DNA of 64,000 nucleotides from Octopus vulgaris (GCA_951406725.2 OX597819.1:129580001-129644000); one strand, 5' to 3'; shown: positions 35,501-51,500, numbered from the stretch's first letter. A program made the numbers and translations. The notes: generated from the sequence alone by a model not told the origin.

Positions 35501-38500
35501 ACAGCACCAAACTAAATAAATACTTTTTGGCATTTAGTTACATACTTTACTTGATGAGTTGAAATGAAGCTGGGTTAATTTTGCTTTTTGTCCTTTGGAG
35601 TACAGTAAAATGAGTACCTGCTGAGTACTGATTAAATTGTCTGTTCTTTCTCTGAAGCCAGTGTTGGAAATCATTATTATTGTTATGGTTAGCAGAATCT
35701 TAAACTTAAATATCCTGTTTATATTTAGTTGTCTCTTTACATTCTGAGTTCAAATCCCATAGAGGACTACTTTCCTTTTTGTTTTTATGTGGTCAGTGAC
35801 ATAGAGCACATCTCAAATACTAGAGTTGATAAAATTGACCCGATGCCTTTCCTCAGATTTCTGGCCCTGTATTCATCATCATTATTACAAGGGTGCTGGA
35901 TTAGCAGATTAAGCTCTATTAGTTCTAGCATTAAAGAAACAGCACACTCTGTGCAACAAACTGTCATGCAATTGCCTTCCATCCTGTTGGGGTTAATAAA
36001 ATAAAGGACCAGTCAAGTACTTAGCTTGATGTTATCGACTGACCCCTTCTCCCAAATTGCTGGCCTCATTCCTAAATTAAGAACAATTATTATTATCATC
36101 ATTATTCAGGTGGTAGATTAGCAGAATCATTAGAGCATTGGATTATATTCCTTGCCATATTTGTTCCAGCTTTTTATGTTCTGAGTTCAAATTCTGTTGA
36201 GTTCAAATTTGCTATCCTGTAGGAGTCAACAGAATACAGAACCATTCTAAATGCTAGTGTTGGTGTCATTGACTAACTCCTTCCCTTGATATTACAGGCC
36301 TTGTGCCTAAATTAGAAACCATTATTAATATATTTCATGTTTCCTGTTTAGGGTTTGGGTGAGTCCATTATTTCCAAAGCTCCGTGGTGGTGCCAACAAG
36401 AATGACGGACAGTCACCAACAGCTTTCAAGAGAGACCTTATTCAGTATGTTGCTGCATATCGCAATCCCAGTCTGGCTAGGTGGGAGAAACATCTTCTAG
36501 AACACGACATGTCTAGCGCCAAGTAAGTTGGAAATTCAGTTTTTTTATAGTTTTTTTCTCTTTTTTTCACATGCATGCACGCATGCACATGCTCTTGACA
36601 TCATGTGTTAATTGTGGATAAATGTCAATGTCATACAAGCAGTTATACAAGTGTTATTCAGTTGTTTTGTTTTTGTTTGTTTGTTCCTTCTCAAGCCATG
36701 CCTGGCTCATAAGGGCCAGTTTCCCAGTTTCTTGGCGTATAGGTTCCCCACCTGGACGGGACGCCGGTCCATCACAGGTGAGCTGCAAGATGCAGGAGGA
36801 AAGAGTGAGAGAAAGTTGTGGCGAAAGAATCAGCAGAAGTTCGCCATTACCTTCTGCTGGAGCCGCGTGGAGCTTAGGTGTTTTCGCTCATAAACACACA
36901 CATTGCACGGTCTGAGATTCAAACCCAGGATCCCTCCACCGCGAGTCCACTGCTCTAACCACTAGGCCATGTACCTCCATATGTTATTCAGTTGCAGTCT
37001 TCTGGCCAACATTCTGTCCATGTCTGAAGGACTAGAGGAGATGTTACCTTACTTAGGAACTTGTGAAGTTTGGCAGCAGGAAAAGCATCTTGCCATAGAA
37101 AATCTTCTTCATCAAATTTCATCTGTCCCATGCAAGGAAAGAAAAGTGGACCAAACATCATTGAAGTTGGTAATTCCTCTGTGGCTGGTGGAGAAATGGC
37201 AGGAAGAAGGTGGAAGTCTTTTCTAGATGTTTGCCACAGAGGATTCCATCTACTCAATTCACTCAAGGTGGTGTTAAATGGACCAATAGATTAACTGTAT
37301 AAGCTCTGCCATTCAAGAACAAGCACATTCCACCCAACAAGCTTCAGCACAGTTTCCATCTGTTCTGTTTCACTCACAAGGATTGGGTTGACATAAGTCT
37401 ATGGTAGAAGACAATTTACTCAGGATGCTGTGCAGTGAGACTGAACTCAGAACCCCTTGAATGCAAAGTGAACTTCTTAATCACAGGGCCATGACTGTAC
37501 CCTTATTGATTCATTCCAATATCATACACCTGTAAAGGTCCCACACACTACACTTCCCTTTCTGACAGTTTCCCCTTAACTCTGTGAGTTATTTTTGTAT
37601 TTTTGTTTTCCTTTGTAGAGTGTATTTAATTGCTTCTGTGCCTGGCAGACATTCAATGCTCCAGAAAAACGCTTGGGGTCACCTGAAGTTAAGAAAGGTA
37701 TGAGGATTAATAATATGATTAATGTTAAATATGATGATGATATATTTGCATATTATTTTGTATATAATACTAGCAGTATCGCCCGGCGTTGCTCGGGTTT
37801 GTAAGGGAAATAACTATATAAGCATTTTTAGAGAGTTATAGCCAAAAATTAGCAAAAAAATGCATTAGAAATGGAAAAAAAATGATGGTAAATTTTTTTA
37901 AAAATCGTTGACTCATCGTAGACATTTTTAGAGAGTTACTTCCCTTATATAATAGCGAAAAAATGCATTAAAATGGAAAAAAATGATGGTAAATTTTTTT
38001 TAAAATCGTAGACTCATCGTAGACGCGCGCTAATACCCAGAAGGGTTCGATATGAATCACGACTATAAGATACCCGGTTTTGGTTAAACTGCACCGCAAA
38101 ATGTGGGAGTAGTTAGGAATCTAAATCGTAGGAGACAGACACACAACTTCACTTTTATATATAAAGATATATAATGAAATTATTGTATACAGTGCTCAGG
38201 TGCACCACAACTTGTCAAAAAGTGCGTATTATAGACTCAGTCGAGTACCAAACTAATCAACAACTTACAGTGCAACACTTTAGAAAACAATTAAAATATA
38301 AGGCAAAGGATCAATCTTAATTCTTTTTTCTTTCTTAAAAAAGAAAAATCTGGCTGAAAATAATTATGCTATGGAAAAAAAATAAATTTAAGACTTCAGC
38401 AAATATGGGAGACAACTCTGTACATATTTAGGCTCGTGACCAACTTCAACTAATATATTTTTCCTTGCTACAAATAATTATTTGTTGGTAGTTTTTGTTT

Positions 38501-41500
38501 TTAAATGTTCCCTGACTTAATATGTTTATACTAATCTAGCTATTATTTTTCATCACCATCATCATCATCATCATCATCGTTTAACGTCCGCTTTCCATGC
38601 TAGTATGGGTTGGACGGTTTGACTGTGGGCTGGTGAACCAGATGGCTGCACCAGGCTTCAATCTTGATCTGGCAGAGTTTCTACAGCTGGATGCCCTTCC
38701 TAACACCAACCATTCCGAGAGTATAGTGGGTGCTTTTACGTGCCACCAGCACGGGGGCCAGTCAGGCGGTATTGGCAACGACCTCACTCGAATCTTTTTA
38801 TTTTTTTTTTACACATGCCAATGGCACAGGTGCTACTAAGGCAATGCTGATAACGATCTCGCTTGAATGGTGCCTCCTACATGCCACCGGCATGGAAGCC
38901 AGTTAGCCGCTCTGGCAATGATCAAGCTCAAATGGTGCTCTTAGCACCCTACTAGCACGGGGCACAAGTGCCATTTTCTCTGAGTACTTTGTTTTTTAAA
39001 ACAATTCTAGTATTCTATGATCAACCAGTGTATACCATTACAGTGGTTCTGCCAAATACCAACCATTTCCCTGTCAACAATATTAGAGATTATTTTGCCA
39101 CCTTCCCTTTCTTTATTCTTGAGAAGACAAAATCGAGTTTGCATGCCTGTAATACTTCTTCCTTCACCATGATGTTGGACAGGCTTGAAATGTTTAAAAT
39201 TATCTAATTTAATTAAACACAGCAATTTATTCCTTTTGCAATTTTCACAATTTCCCCCCACCAAAGAAGCCTGTACCTCCATCAGAGATACTGTGTTATA
39301 CATCTGCTTAGTGATCCACCTATCACTGCTTCATCTAGGACAGGGAAGTCTATAATCTGCCAATGGTGGTTATGGTGTCAGAAACATGCCTGGAATTGTC
39401 AGCTGTATTCAACAAAAGAATTACGAATAAACATATTAATTAGTTGATGAGCATTGATTGAGTCAGTAGATTATCTGGTGAAATACCTTGCACTATTTTG
39501 TTGAGTTCAAATTCCACGAAGGTCAATTTCGACTTTCATTCTTCAGTGGTCAATAAATTAAACGCCTGTTAAATATTAAGGTTGAAAATCCTATTTGAGT
39601 CACGCTTCCCTTTTGTCATTTGGAGTTTGAAAGGAAGTGAGCTGGCAGAATCTTTAGCATGCCGGGCAAAATGCTTAGCAGCATTTTGTCTATCTTTATG
39701 TTCTGAGTTCAAACTCCACCAAGGTCAACTTTGCTTTTCATCCTTTGAGGTCCATTAAAATAAATACCAGTTAAGCACTGGGATTGATGTAATTGACTTA
39801 TCCACTTTTCCAAAATTGCTGGCCATGTACTGAAATTGAAAACCATTATTTGAAGTTTGATAAAATAAGTACAAGCGTAGAGCCAGAAATCCTCTCAGGG
39901 CTAAAACCCTGCTGAGGTCACCATTGCTTTTCATCAAATGGGGTTAGATAAAATAATTTTCTGATCAAATACTTGAGATGAAAATCTCGCAATGTCAGAA
40001 ATCACTATTATCATTTTTCTATAAAACAAAATTATTTCCTGTTAACTTTTTAATGTTCCTTGCATTAACCCTTTCGTTACCGTATTTATATTGAGATGCT
40101 CTGTGTTTCTTTCAATTATTTTAAAATATAATAAAGAATTTAGTAAAATAACTTAGTTATCATTAAGCTAGTATTAGGAACGTAAATTGTGACTAAGGTT
40201 TGGTGGAAGATTTTAATTCAAAACTTATGAAAACAAGACATTTGCACTACAGAGCCAGAGGCGGTTTCAGCCGGGTTGGTAACGAAAGGGTTAAATATCT
40301 TTTCTAAACTAGTATAATGTCTTGCTTGAAACAAAGGAATGGCAGGTGTCGTAGTTAGTTTGTTCTGATTCCAGCTGTGAGCTTGTTTCTTTTTGTTGGA
40401 AACTGAAGTTTATAATACCTAATATTATTTATTGATGTTTTTGTTTTTTTTTTCTTTTCTCTTTTCTCAGATTTTATTAGAAAATGGTCCTGATAAACTA
40501 GAAGTTGGTTCTTGGCCTGTTGTTTGTCAGTTCTCTAGTATTGGTTCACTTGGGCCTACTGCAGATAAATGGTTGTGTGGAGAATTTCACCAGAGTTTGG
40601 CTGCCTGTCGTTCCAGTATATATTCCCCATTGACACCTGATAAAATGAAACTGGTGAGCAAACATTTGACACATTCATGTTTATGTGTGTTGTATGGAAT
40701 GTATGTTGTGGTATTAATGTTGTGTTTATTACACTGTGTCGAGTGTATTATGTTTGCATATATATGTTGTGTGCGTGTTTTATCTCTTAGTCAGAAGCCA
40801 AGGACTGTGCACATGACACCTGACAGGGTCTCCAAGACTGGTAGGAAGAAAGAAGGAAGTTGTTCTTAAACTGAAAATCTAGCTTGTATGCTTGCAACAG
40901 AGTAAATTCTGTTAAAGGTACCAAGAGAGCAGATGATGGTATTAGGCTGGGAAGGCGGCGAGCTGGCAGAAATGTTAGCGCGCCGGGCGAAATGCGAAGC
41001 CGTATTTCGTCTGCCGTTATGTTCTGAGTTCAAATTCCACCGAGGTCGACTTTGCCTTTCATCCTTTCGGGGTCGATAAATTAAGTACCAGTTACGCACT
41101 GGGGTCGATGTAATCGACTTAATACCTATGTCTGTCCTTATTTGTCCCCTCCCTGTTTAGCCCCCTGAGGGTAGTAAAGAAATAGGTATTAGACTGGGAA
41201 ACAGATTAGGACTATCACTCAAGGTTTAAATTCAGAATGCAAAATGCCTGACCAAGTGCCACAAGGCTCATGTCTGGTGTTCTAATGTTTCCATGAGTTC
41301 ATCACCTGAGACTGAATTTATTAACCCCAGAAAGATGAAATCTGATAATTCACCACCTGTGTTGTGTACTACCTGTGTTATATTCACTGTGTTTGCATTG
41401 TTAGTGTTTGTAGTACATGTGTATGTGTGTGCGGCATTGTTTGTGTATTAGCACTTGTGTACCATGTCGCCTTACTAGCTCTTGTGCTGGTGGCACGTGT

Positions 41501-44500
41501 AACATTCGAGCGAGGTCGTCACCAGTGCCACTGGACTGGCTCCTCTGCAGGTGGCATGTAAAAAGCACCATTTGGGCGTGGCCGTTGCCAGTACCACCAA
41601 ACTGGCCCTCGTGCTGGTGGCATGTAAAAGCACCCACTACACTCTCGGAGTGGTTGGCGTTAGGAAGGGCATCCAGGTGTAGAAACTCTGCCAGATCAGA
41701 TTGGAATCTGGCTCGCCAGACCTCAATCAAATCGTCCAACCCATTCTAGCATGGAAAGTGGACGTTAAATGATGATGATGATGATGTGTTGGGTGTGAGA
41801 ATAGTGTGTGTGTGTGTGTGCTGCATCGTTTGTGTGTGTTGCATTCACTGTGTTGGGTTTATGAAAGATGTGTACATGTATGTTTATGAGTATATGAATA
41901 TAGAAAGATGACATCCTCTTCAACAAAGATATGGCATTGAATGCAAATCTTTCACCCAATTAGTCGTACACCAAACTAAGATTTGCTGGAAACTAACACC
42001 CAAAATCAGTGCAAATTAAAATCTAATTTTCTAATCTAATCTAAAGTTTAACCAGAGTAATCTCCCTTGATAACCATAATCCTTTAGAATTTCAAATAAT
42101 CGGCTTCAGTTTCGTCAGGGGTTGTTTCAAAGTAATCTCCCATGACAATCCCCACCCTTGCTCCTATAATCTTTAATCTAATTTATTTTATGTTGAAAGT
42201 CTATTCAGTGTTTTTTTTCTCAGACTTGGCCTCATTTGATAATTACCTGACATTCAGTTTCTATTGGCGTTAATCTATATTAGGATATGGTATGAATTTA
42301 CAATTTAAAAATAGGATAAAATCTTCATAAGAATTTATCAAGTAGTTAGCATGAAAAACCTCATAAGAGAAAAAAAAAACATCAATTTTTTTCTTTTAAA
42401 CTTATTTATTTATATTATATAGAGGGCACTATTACACATAGATGCCTCATGCTATGAGGGACTCTTAAAGTCAAAACTACTAAAATAAATAAACACGTCG
42501 TACTGAAACAATTCTCGAAGCAGGTCATTTAAAAACAGGATTTAGCCACATATCACACTGTGATTTCGTAATCAGCGCAATAATATGCGCTCTTTACTCT
42601 TCAGTGTGTGCATAATTCAAGATATATAATAAATAAACAAAAACAACATACCAAGCGAACAGCTATCGTATCCAGCGCAGCATGTAGGAATGTTTACCCC
42701 TTACACATCTATGTAAATGGCAGGCTTTTTCGAATTGCATTTTGGTAACAATGTAGCGTGAGGATATGGTATGTGTAGGAGAAAGGAATTCTGATGTTTC
42801 AAGCAAAGCCTTTCTGTGGAGCAAAACAGGAATAAATCTATGTTAAGAATTAGCAAAATTAATTTGCTCTGTGTCACCGTAAAGATAAATCTAATTAATG
42901 TGTACTGAAGGAACAAAAATGAAATACAACTTAATTCGTCTTTCCTATGCGATATGAACTTATCTTAGCTTATGAACTTTAAGACGTTTTACTGATACAA
43001 ACTACCATTAATTTCTTTGGACTCTAGATTTGATTCTGTAATTTTATCTACTTAACAGCTCCCATGTATGCAAACGTGTGTGTGTCTGTATGTGTGTGTG
43101 TATATACATATATATCTATGTATGTATGTGGGTATTTTGAAAACGCCTCATGGAGTGACAGCTGTGCCCTGCATAGTTACAGGTTGCCCTTTGGCAAGGT
43201 ATTGCACTCATTCAGCCACCCTGCCAAGGACATATATTTCTTTACTGCCCACAAGGGGCTAAACACAGAGGGGACAAACAAGGACAGACAAAGAGATTAA
43301 GTCGATTACATCGACCCCAGTGCATAACTGGTACTTATTTAATTGACCCCGAAAGGATGAAAGGCAAAGTCGACCTCGGCGAAATTTGAACTCAGAACGC
43401 AGCGACAGACGAAATACCGCTAAGCATTTCGCCCGGCGTGCTAACGGTTCTGCCAGCTCACCACCTTGAGCAAGTATGTGTATAATAGAATAAAGGAATA
43501 AACAAGCAAACAACTGATATTAAGTCAGATTATGACATTTATATATTTAAACATTGACACAAAATGAGGGTGGAACTGAATGCCATAGGAGTTTAGGTGG
43601 CAAGAGGTCACTAAAAGACCAGTTGACAAATCTTTTCATCTTTGATTTACTTCACTCATTAGACTGTGGCCATGCTGGGGGAACTATGCTGAAGAATTTT
43701 AGTTGAAGAAATTGACCCTGATACTTATTCTATCAGTCGCTTTTGCCAAACTGCTAAGTTATAGGCATGTAAACACAGCAACACTGGTTATCAATTGGTG
43801 ATGGTGGACTAAATAGAAACACTACACCCATGTATTTGTATATGGTACATGCTAGTATTTTGGAACAGTGATATGGTCTGTCCGAATTATTGTTATTACA
43901 ACTGGCTTTCGTGCCAGTGGCACGTAAAAAGCACCATCCGATTGTGGCCATTGCCAGCCTCGCCTGGCCTCCGTGCCGGTGGCACGTAAAAAGCACCCAC
44001 TACACTCATGGAGTGGTTGGCGTTAGGAAGGGCATCCAGCTGTAGAAACATTGCCAGATCAGATTGGATCTGGTGCAGCCTTCTGGCTTACCAGACCCGA
44101 GTTGCACCGTCCAACCCATGCCAGCATGGAAAGCGGAAGCTAAACGACGATGATGATGATGATGATGATGACATAAAACTGATCATCATAAGTTGAATCC
44201 AAAGCTAGATGAGAAAAAAGGAGGAAAGAAGGTGTGCAGATAGTCTCTGTACGCATGCTGGCAGGGCTTGCTCTGAGCATTCTAATTTTTTACGTGGCAT
44301 GTGTAAAAGATTCAAGCGAGGTTGTTGCCAGTACCGCCTGACTGGCCTCCATGCCGGTGGCATGTAAAAGCACCCACTACACTCTCAGAGTGGTTGGCAT
44401 TAGGAAGGGCATCCAGCAGTAGAAACTCTGCCAGATCAAGATTGGAGCCTGGTGCAGCCATCTGGTTCGCCAGCCCTCAGTCATGCCTCCAACCCATGCT

Positions 44501-45506
44501 AGCATGGAAAGCGGACGTTAAACGATGATGATGTACTGGCCACTTTGGGCAGTTCATGAAGAGCACTCTCAGAGGAACTGTGTGGACTAAAGTGACTGGG
44601 AGGTGGATACATTACCACAATACAGATGGTGCCTGATGACATGTGCCTCATGGCATCTGATGAATTCATAGACAGCTGTGTTCTGCTGCTTTAAGGTGAA
44701 AACAGAGGAGGGTGGTGAAGCAATGGAATGTGTGCAGAGCTCTGTGGCTTGACCACGCATACACTGAAGCAGATTCATACAAAGTACTTGTGTGACAGTA
44801 TCTATTTCTTTACTACCCACAAGGGGCTAAACACAGAGAGGACAAACAAAGGGATTGAGTCGATTTTATCGACCCCAGTGCATAACTGGTACTTAATTTA
44901 TCGATCCCAAAAGGATGAAAGGCAAAGTCGACCTCGGCGGAATTTTAAATTCAGAACGTAGCGGCTGACGAAATACCTATTTCTTTACTACCCACAAGGG
45001 GCTAAACACAGAGAGGACAAACAAGGACAGATAAGGAGATTAAGTCGATTATATCGACCCCAGTGCATAACTGGTACTTAATTTATTGACCCCGAAAGGA
45101 TGAAAGGCAAAGTCGACCTCGGCAGAATTTGAACTCAGAACGTAAAGACAGGCGAAATACTGCTAAACATTTCGCCCGGCGTGCTAATGATTCTGCCAGC
45201 TCGCCGCCATCATGTTGGCTTGCATACAGATGCTATCTGCACACCTTCATCTTTCTTCCCTTTTTCTCATCCAGGTGTGGATTTTACCTATGATGACCAG
45301 CTTAACCTAACACCATTATCGACAACTAATATTGATTTGTTTAAACTCCCGTAACTTAGCAGTTCAGCAAAAGACTCTGATAGAATAAACACCAAACATA
45401 AAAGGAACAAGTACTGCAGTCAGTTTGTCCAATTAAACCCTTGAAAGTTGTTTGCCAACATGGCTGCAGTCTAATAAGGGAAACAAATGAAAGAATGGAA
45501 ACTGAA

Positions 45507-45556
<50 letters not shown>

Positions 45557-45559
45557 CTC

Positions 45560-45592
<33 letters not shown>

Positions 45593-48500
45593 TCTCATAT
45601 ATGGCCGCAGTCAAATGACTGAAACAAGTAAAAGAATAAGAGAATATGTAAAAAATGTGAGCAAATAGGCTTCTTTCAGTTTCTCTCTACCAGATCCACT
45701 GACAAGGCTTTAATCGGCCCAGGGATATAGTAGAAGACATTTGCCCAAGGTGCCATGCAGTGGGATTGAACTTGGATCCATGTGGTTGAAAAGCAAGCTT
45801 TTTACAACACAGCTACACTTGTATAAAAAAAATTTTTAATAATATTTTGTGTCCTGTAGAAGTTTAACTAGTTTATTGGACATAAATTTTAGCAATAAAA
45901 TCTTCTGTAGACCTTCATGGGTCATATGGACTCTAGTTAAGGATTTAGATTTAGATTGAAGAAATACGAAGGAAAATAGTTGGTGGTAGAACTTTTGATA
46001 TTCAGAAAAATATGAGCAACTATTTCCGGTTCACAAAACACAATATTTTTTCACTTTTTCTGTGAAATGACAATTTTGTAATGTATATAATAATAATGAA
46101 ATGATTGTCTACAGTGTTCAGGTGCACCACAACTTGTCAAAAGTGCGTATAAAGTATATGCAGTAATGTACAAATGCCTGGAAAGCGAACAGTGTATGAG
46201 TCAGATACATGCTTGTGTGTGTGTATGGAGGGGAGAAAATCAGGTGTAGTGTTGACGAATCTCAAGAAGCATGGAAGTTTTGAAGGATGCAGTGCTCCGA
46301 CAACTAACAACCGACGCCGGCAGTTTGTTCCATGCTTCAGCAACTCTTTGCGTGAAAAAATGTTTCCGAAAGTCATGGAAGGAGCTGTGCTGTTTTCTGA
46401 CTTTGTAAACATGTCCACGGGTGTTAGACAGGTGGAGTTTGAAAAGGTGCTCAGAGTTATTGTTTGTATGATGGTTAATAATTTTATGGGTGTCTGCCAA
46501 GTCAGCTGCCAGACATCCGTGTTTCAATGTGTCCATGCCCAGGGAAGTAAGGTATGTAAGGAATATTATCTCTGCTAATATTTTTTGATTAGAAATCACT
46601 CCTCTCGTTACACACGAAAAAGCTCTAAATTGAAAAAACGATCCTACTACACTAATAATAGGTTATTGGTAACTGTAAGCCATCGATCAACGTTTAACCG
46701 CCATCACTAATGCGATGCGGAATTGTCTCCCTTGCACCCATGGATTAGTTCTTTCTCCGTGGTAAAATCTAAACGGTTCTTTTATTCTTTTACTGCTTTT
46801 AGTAATTGTGGTGCAAGCTTCAGTCTGTTATATTGACACTGGTATTTTGACTGGTACTTAATTTATCGATCCTTGCAAGGAAGGGAGGTAAAATGGACCT
46901 GGTGGCGGTGGCGACGTCTTTGACCCAGAATATATAGGAATATAACCAAATATATTTTTTTATTACTTGTTTCAGTCATTTGACTGTGGCCATGCTGGAG
47001 CACCGCTTCTAGTCGAGCAAATCGACCCCAGGACTTATTCTTTGTATGCCTAGTACTTATTCTATCAGTTTCTTTTGCTGAACTGCTAAGTAACAAGGAT
47101 GTAAACACACCAACATTGTTTGTCAAGCAATGGGGGGAGGGGGCGGGGGCAAACAGACAGACAGACACACACATAAAATATATATATAAATGGGCTTCTT
47201 CCAGTTTTCATCTTCCAAATCCACTGACAAGGCTTTGGTTGGCGCAAGACTTTAGTAGAAGACGCCCAAGGCACTATGCAGTGGGATTGAACCCAGAACC
47301 ATGTGGTTGGGAAGCGAGCTTCTTACCACACAGCCATGCCTGCTCACACACACACACACACATCAGGCCTACTATGTGTTTAAAAAATTTGCTTCGCAGC
47401 CACATGGTTTTCAGTTCTGTCCTGCTACGTGACATCTTTGGCAAGTGTCTTTTACTAAAGCCTCAGGCCAACCAAAGGTTTGTGAGTGGGTTTGGTAGAC
47501 GGAAGTTCAAAACGGCCCCTTTCTGTGTGTTTGTGTCTGTTTGTCTTGACATCACATGATGGTTATAAACGTCATTGTCATAGAAGCAATATTATTTGTT
47601 TCCAATGAAAAAATTTCTCTGGCTTTGGCTAAATATTGGCTTGCTTAGAAACAGGCGATACACACACAGCAGGAGGGGGTGCATTCAGACATAGAAAAAA
47701 ATTTACCTCAGTGAATTCTGTCTGATCAGAGAGAGAGAGCATGGAAAAGTAAATGTTAAAATTCTGACCCACTCCTCTTACCTCCACCCACGTTCACCAT
47801 TCACTGCATTCCCCTCTACCTCCATCTCTCTCCATCTACCACTCTCCTTTCACACTCTCATCAATTTACTAACCTTCCCACTTGCCCTGTCCAATTCTCT
47901 GTACCACTTCTCTTGTCTTCACCTTCCTGTGACTCGAAACTGTCCTCTGGTGCATCTTCACCACCATCTCTTGGGACAGCCATGTATCTCCTCTGCAGCA
48001 AGATACATGTCCCTGTCTTCCTATCATAATTTAACCCATTAGCATTCATAATACGTTGTTAAATCATCATCTAACATCTGTCTTCCATGCTGGCATGGGT
48101 TGGACGGTTTGACAAGAACTGACCAGCTAAAGTGCTGCCCAGACTCCACGTCTGTTTTGGCATGGTTTCTACAGCTCGATGGCCTTCCTAATGCCAATCA
48201 CTTCACAGAGTGTACCAGGTGCTTTTACGCAACACTGACCTGGGTGCTTTTATGTGGCACTGGCACAAGTGCACTTTACGTGGCATCAGCGCCCATGAGC
48301 CTGCAAGATTAGGAACACTCAGCAGGAGAAGGATTCAAGGGGCCGTACCTGTCTGCAAGGACAACTATGATTTTACTTAGTTTCACCTATTCTCAAGCAC
48401 AGCAAACTGTCAGGTGTCTCAGTTCCTTGTCATTGCCTCTGTGAGGCCCAATGTCTGAAGATCCTATCTCACCACTTCGTCCCATGTCTTCCTGGGTCTG

Positions 48501-51500
48501 CTCCTTTTATACGTCCCCTCCACAATTAGAGACTGGCATCTCTTGATGCAAATGCTTCTTTATTCACATTGTGTTTTTAATTTACCATTCATTATCTCGT
48601 AGCATCAAGATTTTGATCATATGATTGTATATTTTTAGAATGACATTGTAGGGTAGGTGTAAAAGTCCAGAGCTGTCTGGTTTGAATGTAAAACAGGTTG
48701 AATATTTGGGCCGGATATGGTCAGTTTAAATGCTAAAGGGTTAATTTTTCATCACCTGGCATAAAACCACCTCCCTCAATACAACTCCCTGTCCCAGTTG
48801 AGGGGTTCTTAATCTTGCAAATTACTTAGTGATGATGCTGCCAGTACTGGTGCCACATGGAAAGCACCAGGTACCCTCTGTAAAGTGGTTGGCATTAGGA
48901 AGGGCATCCAGCCATGGAAACCACGGCAAGGTAGATGCCAGACTTTGGTACAGTCCTCTGGCTTGCTGTTCCTGTCCAACTGTCCAACTCATACCAGCAT
49001 GGAAAATGTATGTTATTGATGATGATGATACATATATGTGTGTTTTTCTTCAGATCTTCCCTAGTGTGGAAAATGTTCGGATCAGTCTTGAAGGCTACCC
49101 AGCTGGCACCTGTCTTCCATATAGTATACAAACAGCTTCCAAACAGCCGTACTTGTTGAAATTCTTACAGTAAGTTCTTTATTTTTTTTTTTTATTTCTT
49201 AAAATCTTTTTCACTATTTGTTCATAATATTCTTCCATGTTCACATTATTGGGATAGCTTCTGTTAATTTGGATATTTGTATTTTGTGAGATCAGTAATC
49301 TTTTTACTTCTAGGTGTCCTACCCACTGTCAACTGCTCATTCGTGAAGAAAAATGTTGTAGGACTCCCTGTCAATTAAGAATTGGGTGGAATTATTTGCT
49401 GAAACAATCATATTACGTATCAGTTTCCATCCCATTTCAATTCATCATCATCATCGATTAACGACTGTTCTCCATGCTAGCATGGGTTGGACGGTTCGAC
49501 CGGGGTCTGGGAAGCCAGGAGGCTGCGCCAGGCTCCAGTCTGATCTGGCAGTGTTTCTACAGCTGGATGCTTTTCCTAATGCCAACCACTCCATGAGTGT
49601 AGTAGGTGCTTTTAACGTGCCACCGGCACATGGGCCAGAGGAGGCTGACAAATGGCCATGATTGGTTGGTGCTTTTTACGTGCTACCGGCACACAGGCTA
49701 GAGGAGGCTGGCACATGGCCACGATCGGTTGTGCTTTTTTGTGCCACCGTCACAGGTGCCAGAGGAGGCTGGCAAATGGCCACGATCGGTTGGTGCTTTT
49801 TATGTGCCACCGTCACATGGGCCAGAGGAGGCTGGCAAATGGCCACAATCGGTCAGTACTTTAAAATTCTGTTGCAGGTTTGTATTAGCTTCAACTCAGC
49901 ACTGATGGTGCAAACCTCTGGTCACAAGCCCTCCCTCTGTGACCATCATATCTTTTATTTAGTCATAGTGAATCTCAGATGCTTATCAAATCCTCATGCA
50001 GTGTGTATTGGACACAATTCAGCACTGACTGTGCAAACTTATTGATACAAGCCTTCCATCTATGGCCATCATGTCTTTTATTCAGCCATACTCAACATAC
50101 CTCTACATTTATAGTGTATCCTTTCTTTTTCTTTTTTTTTTTAAAAAGATTGCTGAGTATCATTTGAGTGTGATTTGACTGTTATTTCTAGCAAGTTGAG
50201 TATCCATATAGAGGCTCTCATGTTGCCTTTTTTTTTTATATTCTAAGATTTTTAAAGGCATTATGTACTGACTTGGCCTAGAATTGAACTTGCATAATCT
50301 TGCATACATCTCAGAGGTTTCAACATTCTTATCCATCAGACATTCTCGTTCAACCCATGCTAGCATGGAAAGCAGACGTTAAACGATGATGATGATGATA
50401 ATGATGATTCTCCTTATTGAGATAAAATGTGGGTAAAAGGCACAGATGCTACTGAAAGTACGAGTTTAATAACACATTATTAATGCAGCACACAGTTTTG
50501 TCAGTGAAGAGGTTGCGGTCTCAAAGCGCCGAAAATATTTTGACAAATTAAATTTAAATGTTGAAGTGAATCTAACGGTTTTTGTGTGTTTCTTAAATGG
50601 CTTACAAACACCTTCCACGCTGCAATTGTTTTCGTTCCAGCACACGATCTCAGATCAGGTCACTTGCTATGCAAGTACATCTCCGTAACATTATTAACTA
50701 TGGTAATGAAAATCAGAACATCTATCTCTGCTTCTGTCTGTCTCTTTGCCTTTGTGTCTCTTTCTCTCTTTCCCTTTGCCTTTGTGTCTCTTTCCCTTTG
50801 CCTTTGTGTCTCTTTCTCTCTTTCCCTTTGCCTTTGTGTCTTTCTCTCTTTCTCTTTGTCTTTGTGTCTTTCTCTCTTTCTCTCACTTTCTCTCTTTTAT
50901 TTCAGTCAGTGGAAATCTGAAGGCCGTGGTCGCACCAGAGCTTGTCCCCACATAAAAACATACATGCGACCATCTCCGGACTATTCTCTCGCCTCTTGGT
51001 TTATGGTTACAAGGTGAGTATCCATAAAAGAATATAGTACCAGATGAAATACTTTGCAGTTTATTATTTGTTAGTATTTGTTGTTTAGTTGTGACCTTTT
51101 ATGTTCTGTGCTCAAATCACCAAACTTATTGCCTTTCATTCGCCTGAGGCCCGTGAAATGAAAAACTGTCAAATTCTGGGAGTCAATAAAATCAACTATA
51201 TTCTATGCTCGTAATAAATGGGATCTTGTGTCTAAGCAATCATCATCATTTAGTGTCTGCTTTCCATGCTGGCATGGGTTAGATAGTTGGAGTAGAACTG
51301 CTAAGTGAGAGATTCTAGTCTGATTTGGTATAATTTCTACTGCTGGATGCCCTTCCTAATGCCAACCATTCCATAAAGTGTACTGGGTACTTTTAGTTCT
51401 TTTATCCAGTTTGAGGATAATGTCCTTCCTCTTATCAATCTCAGAGCCTCAGAAAAAGAGAGCAATGCTCTCCCTCTTTTGAATAAATGATAAAAAAAGC

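Noticed and set aside
41960-43040. Non-microsatellite intronic stretch, possible hidden exon or element
   Set aside because: No recognisable ORF, termini or needed TDP1 sequence (exons J and K join in frame); left unassigned.
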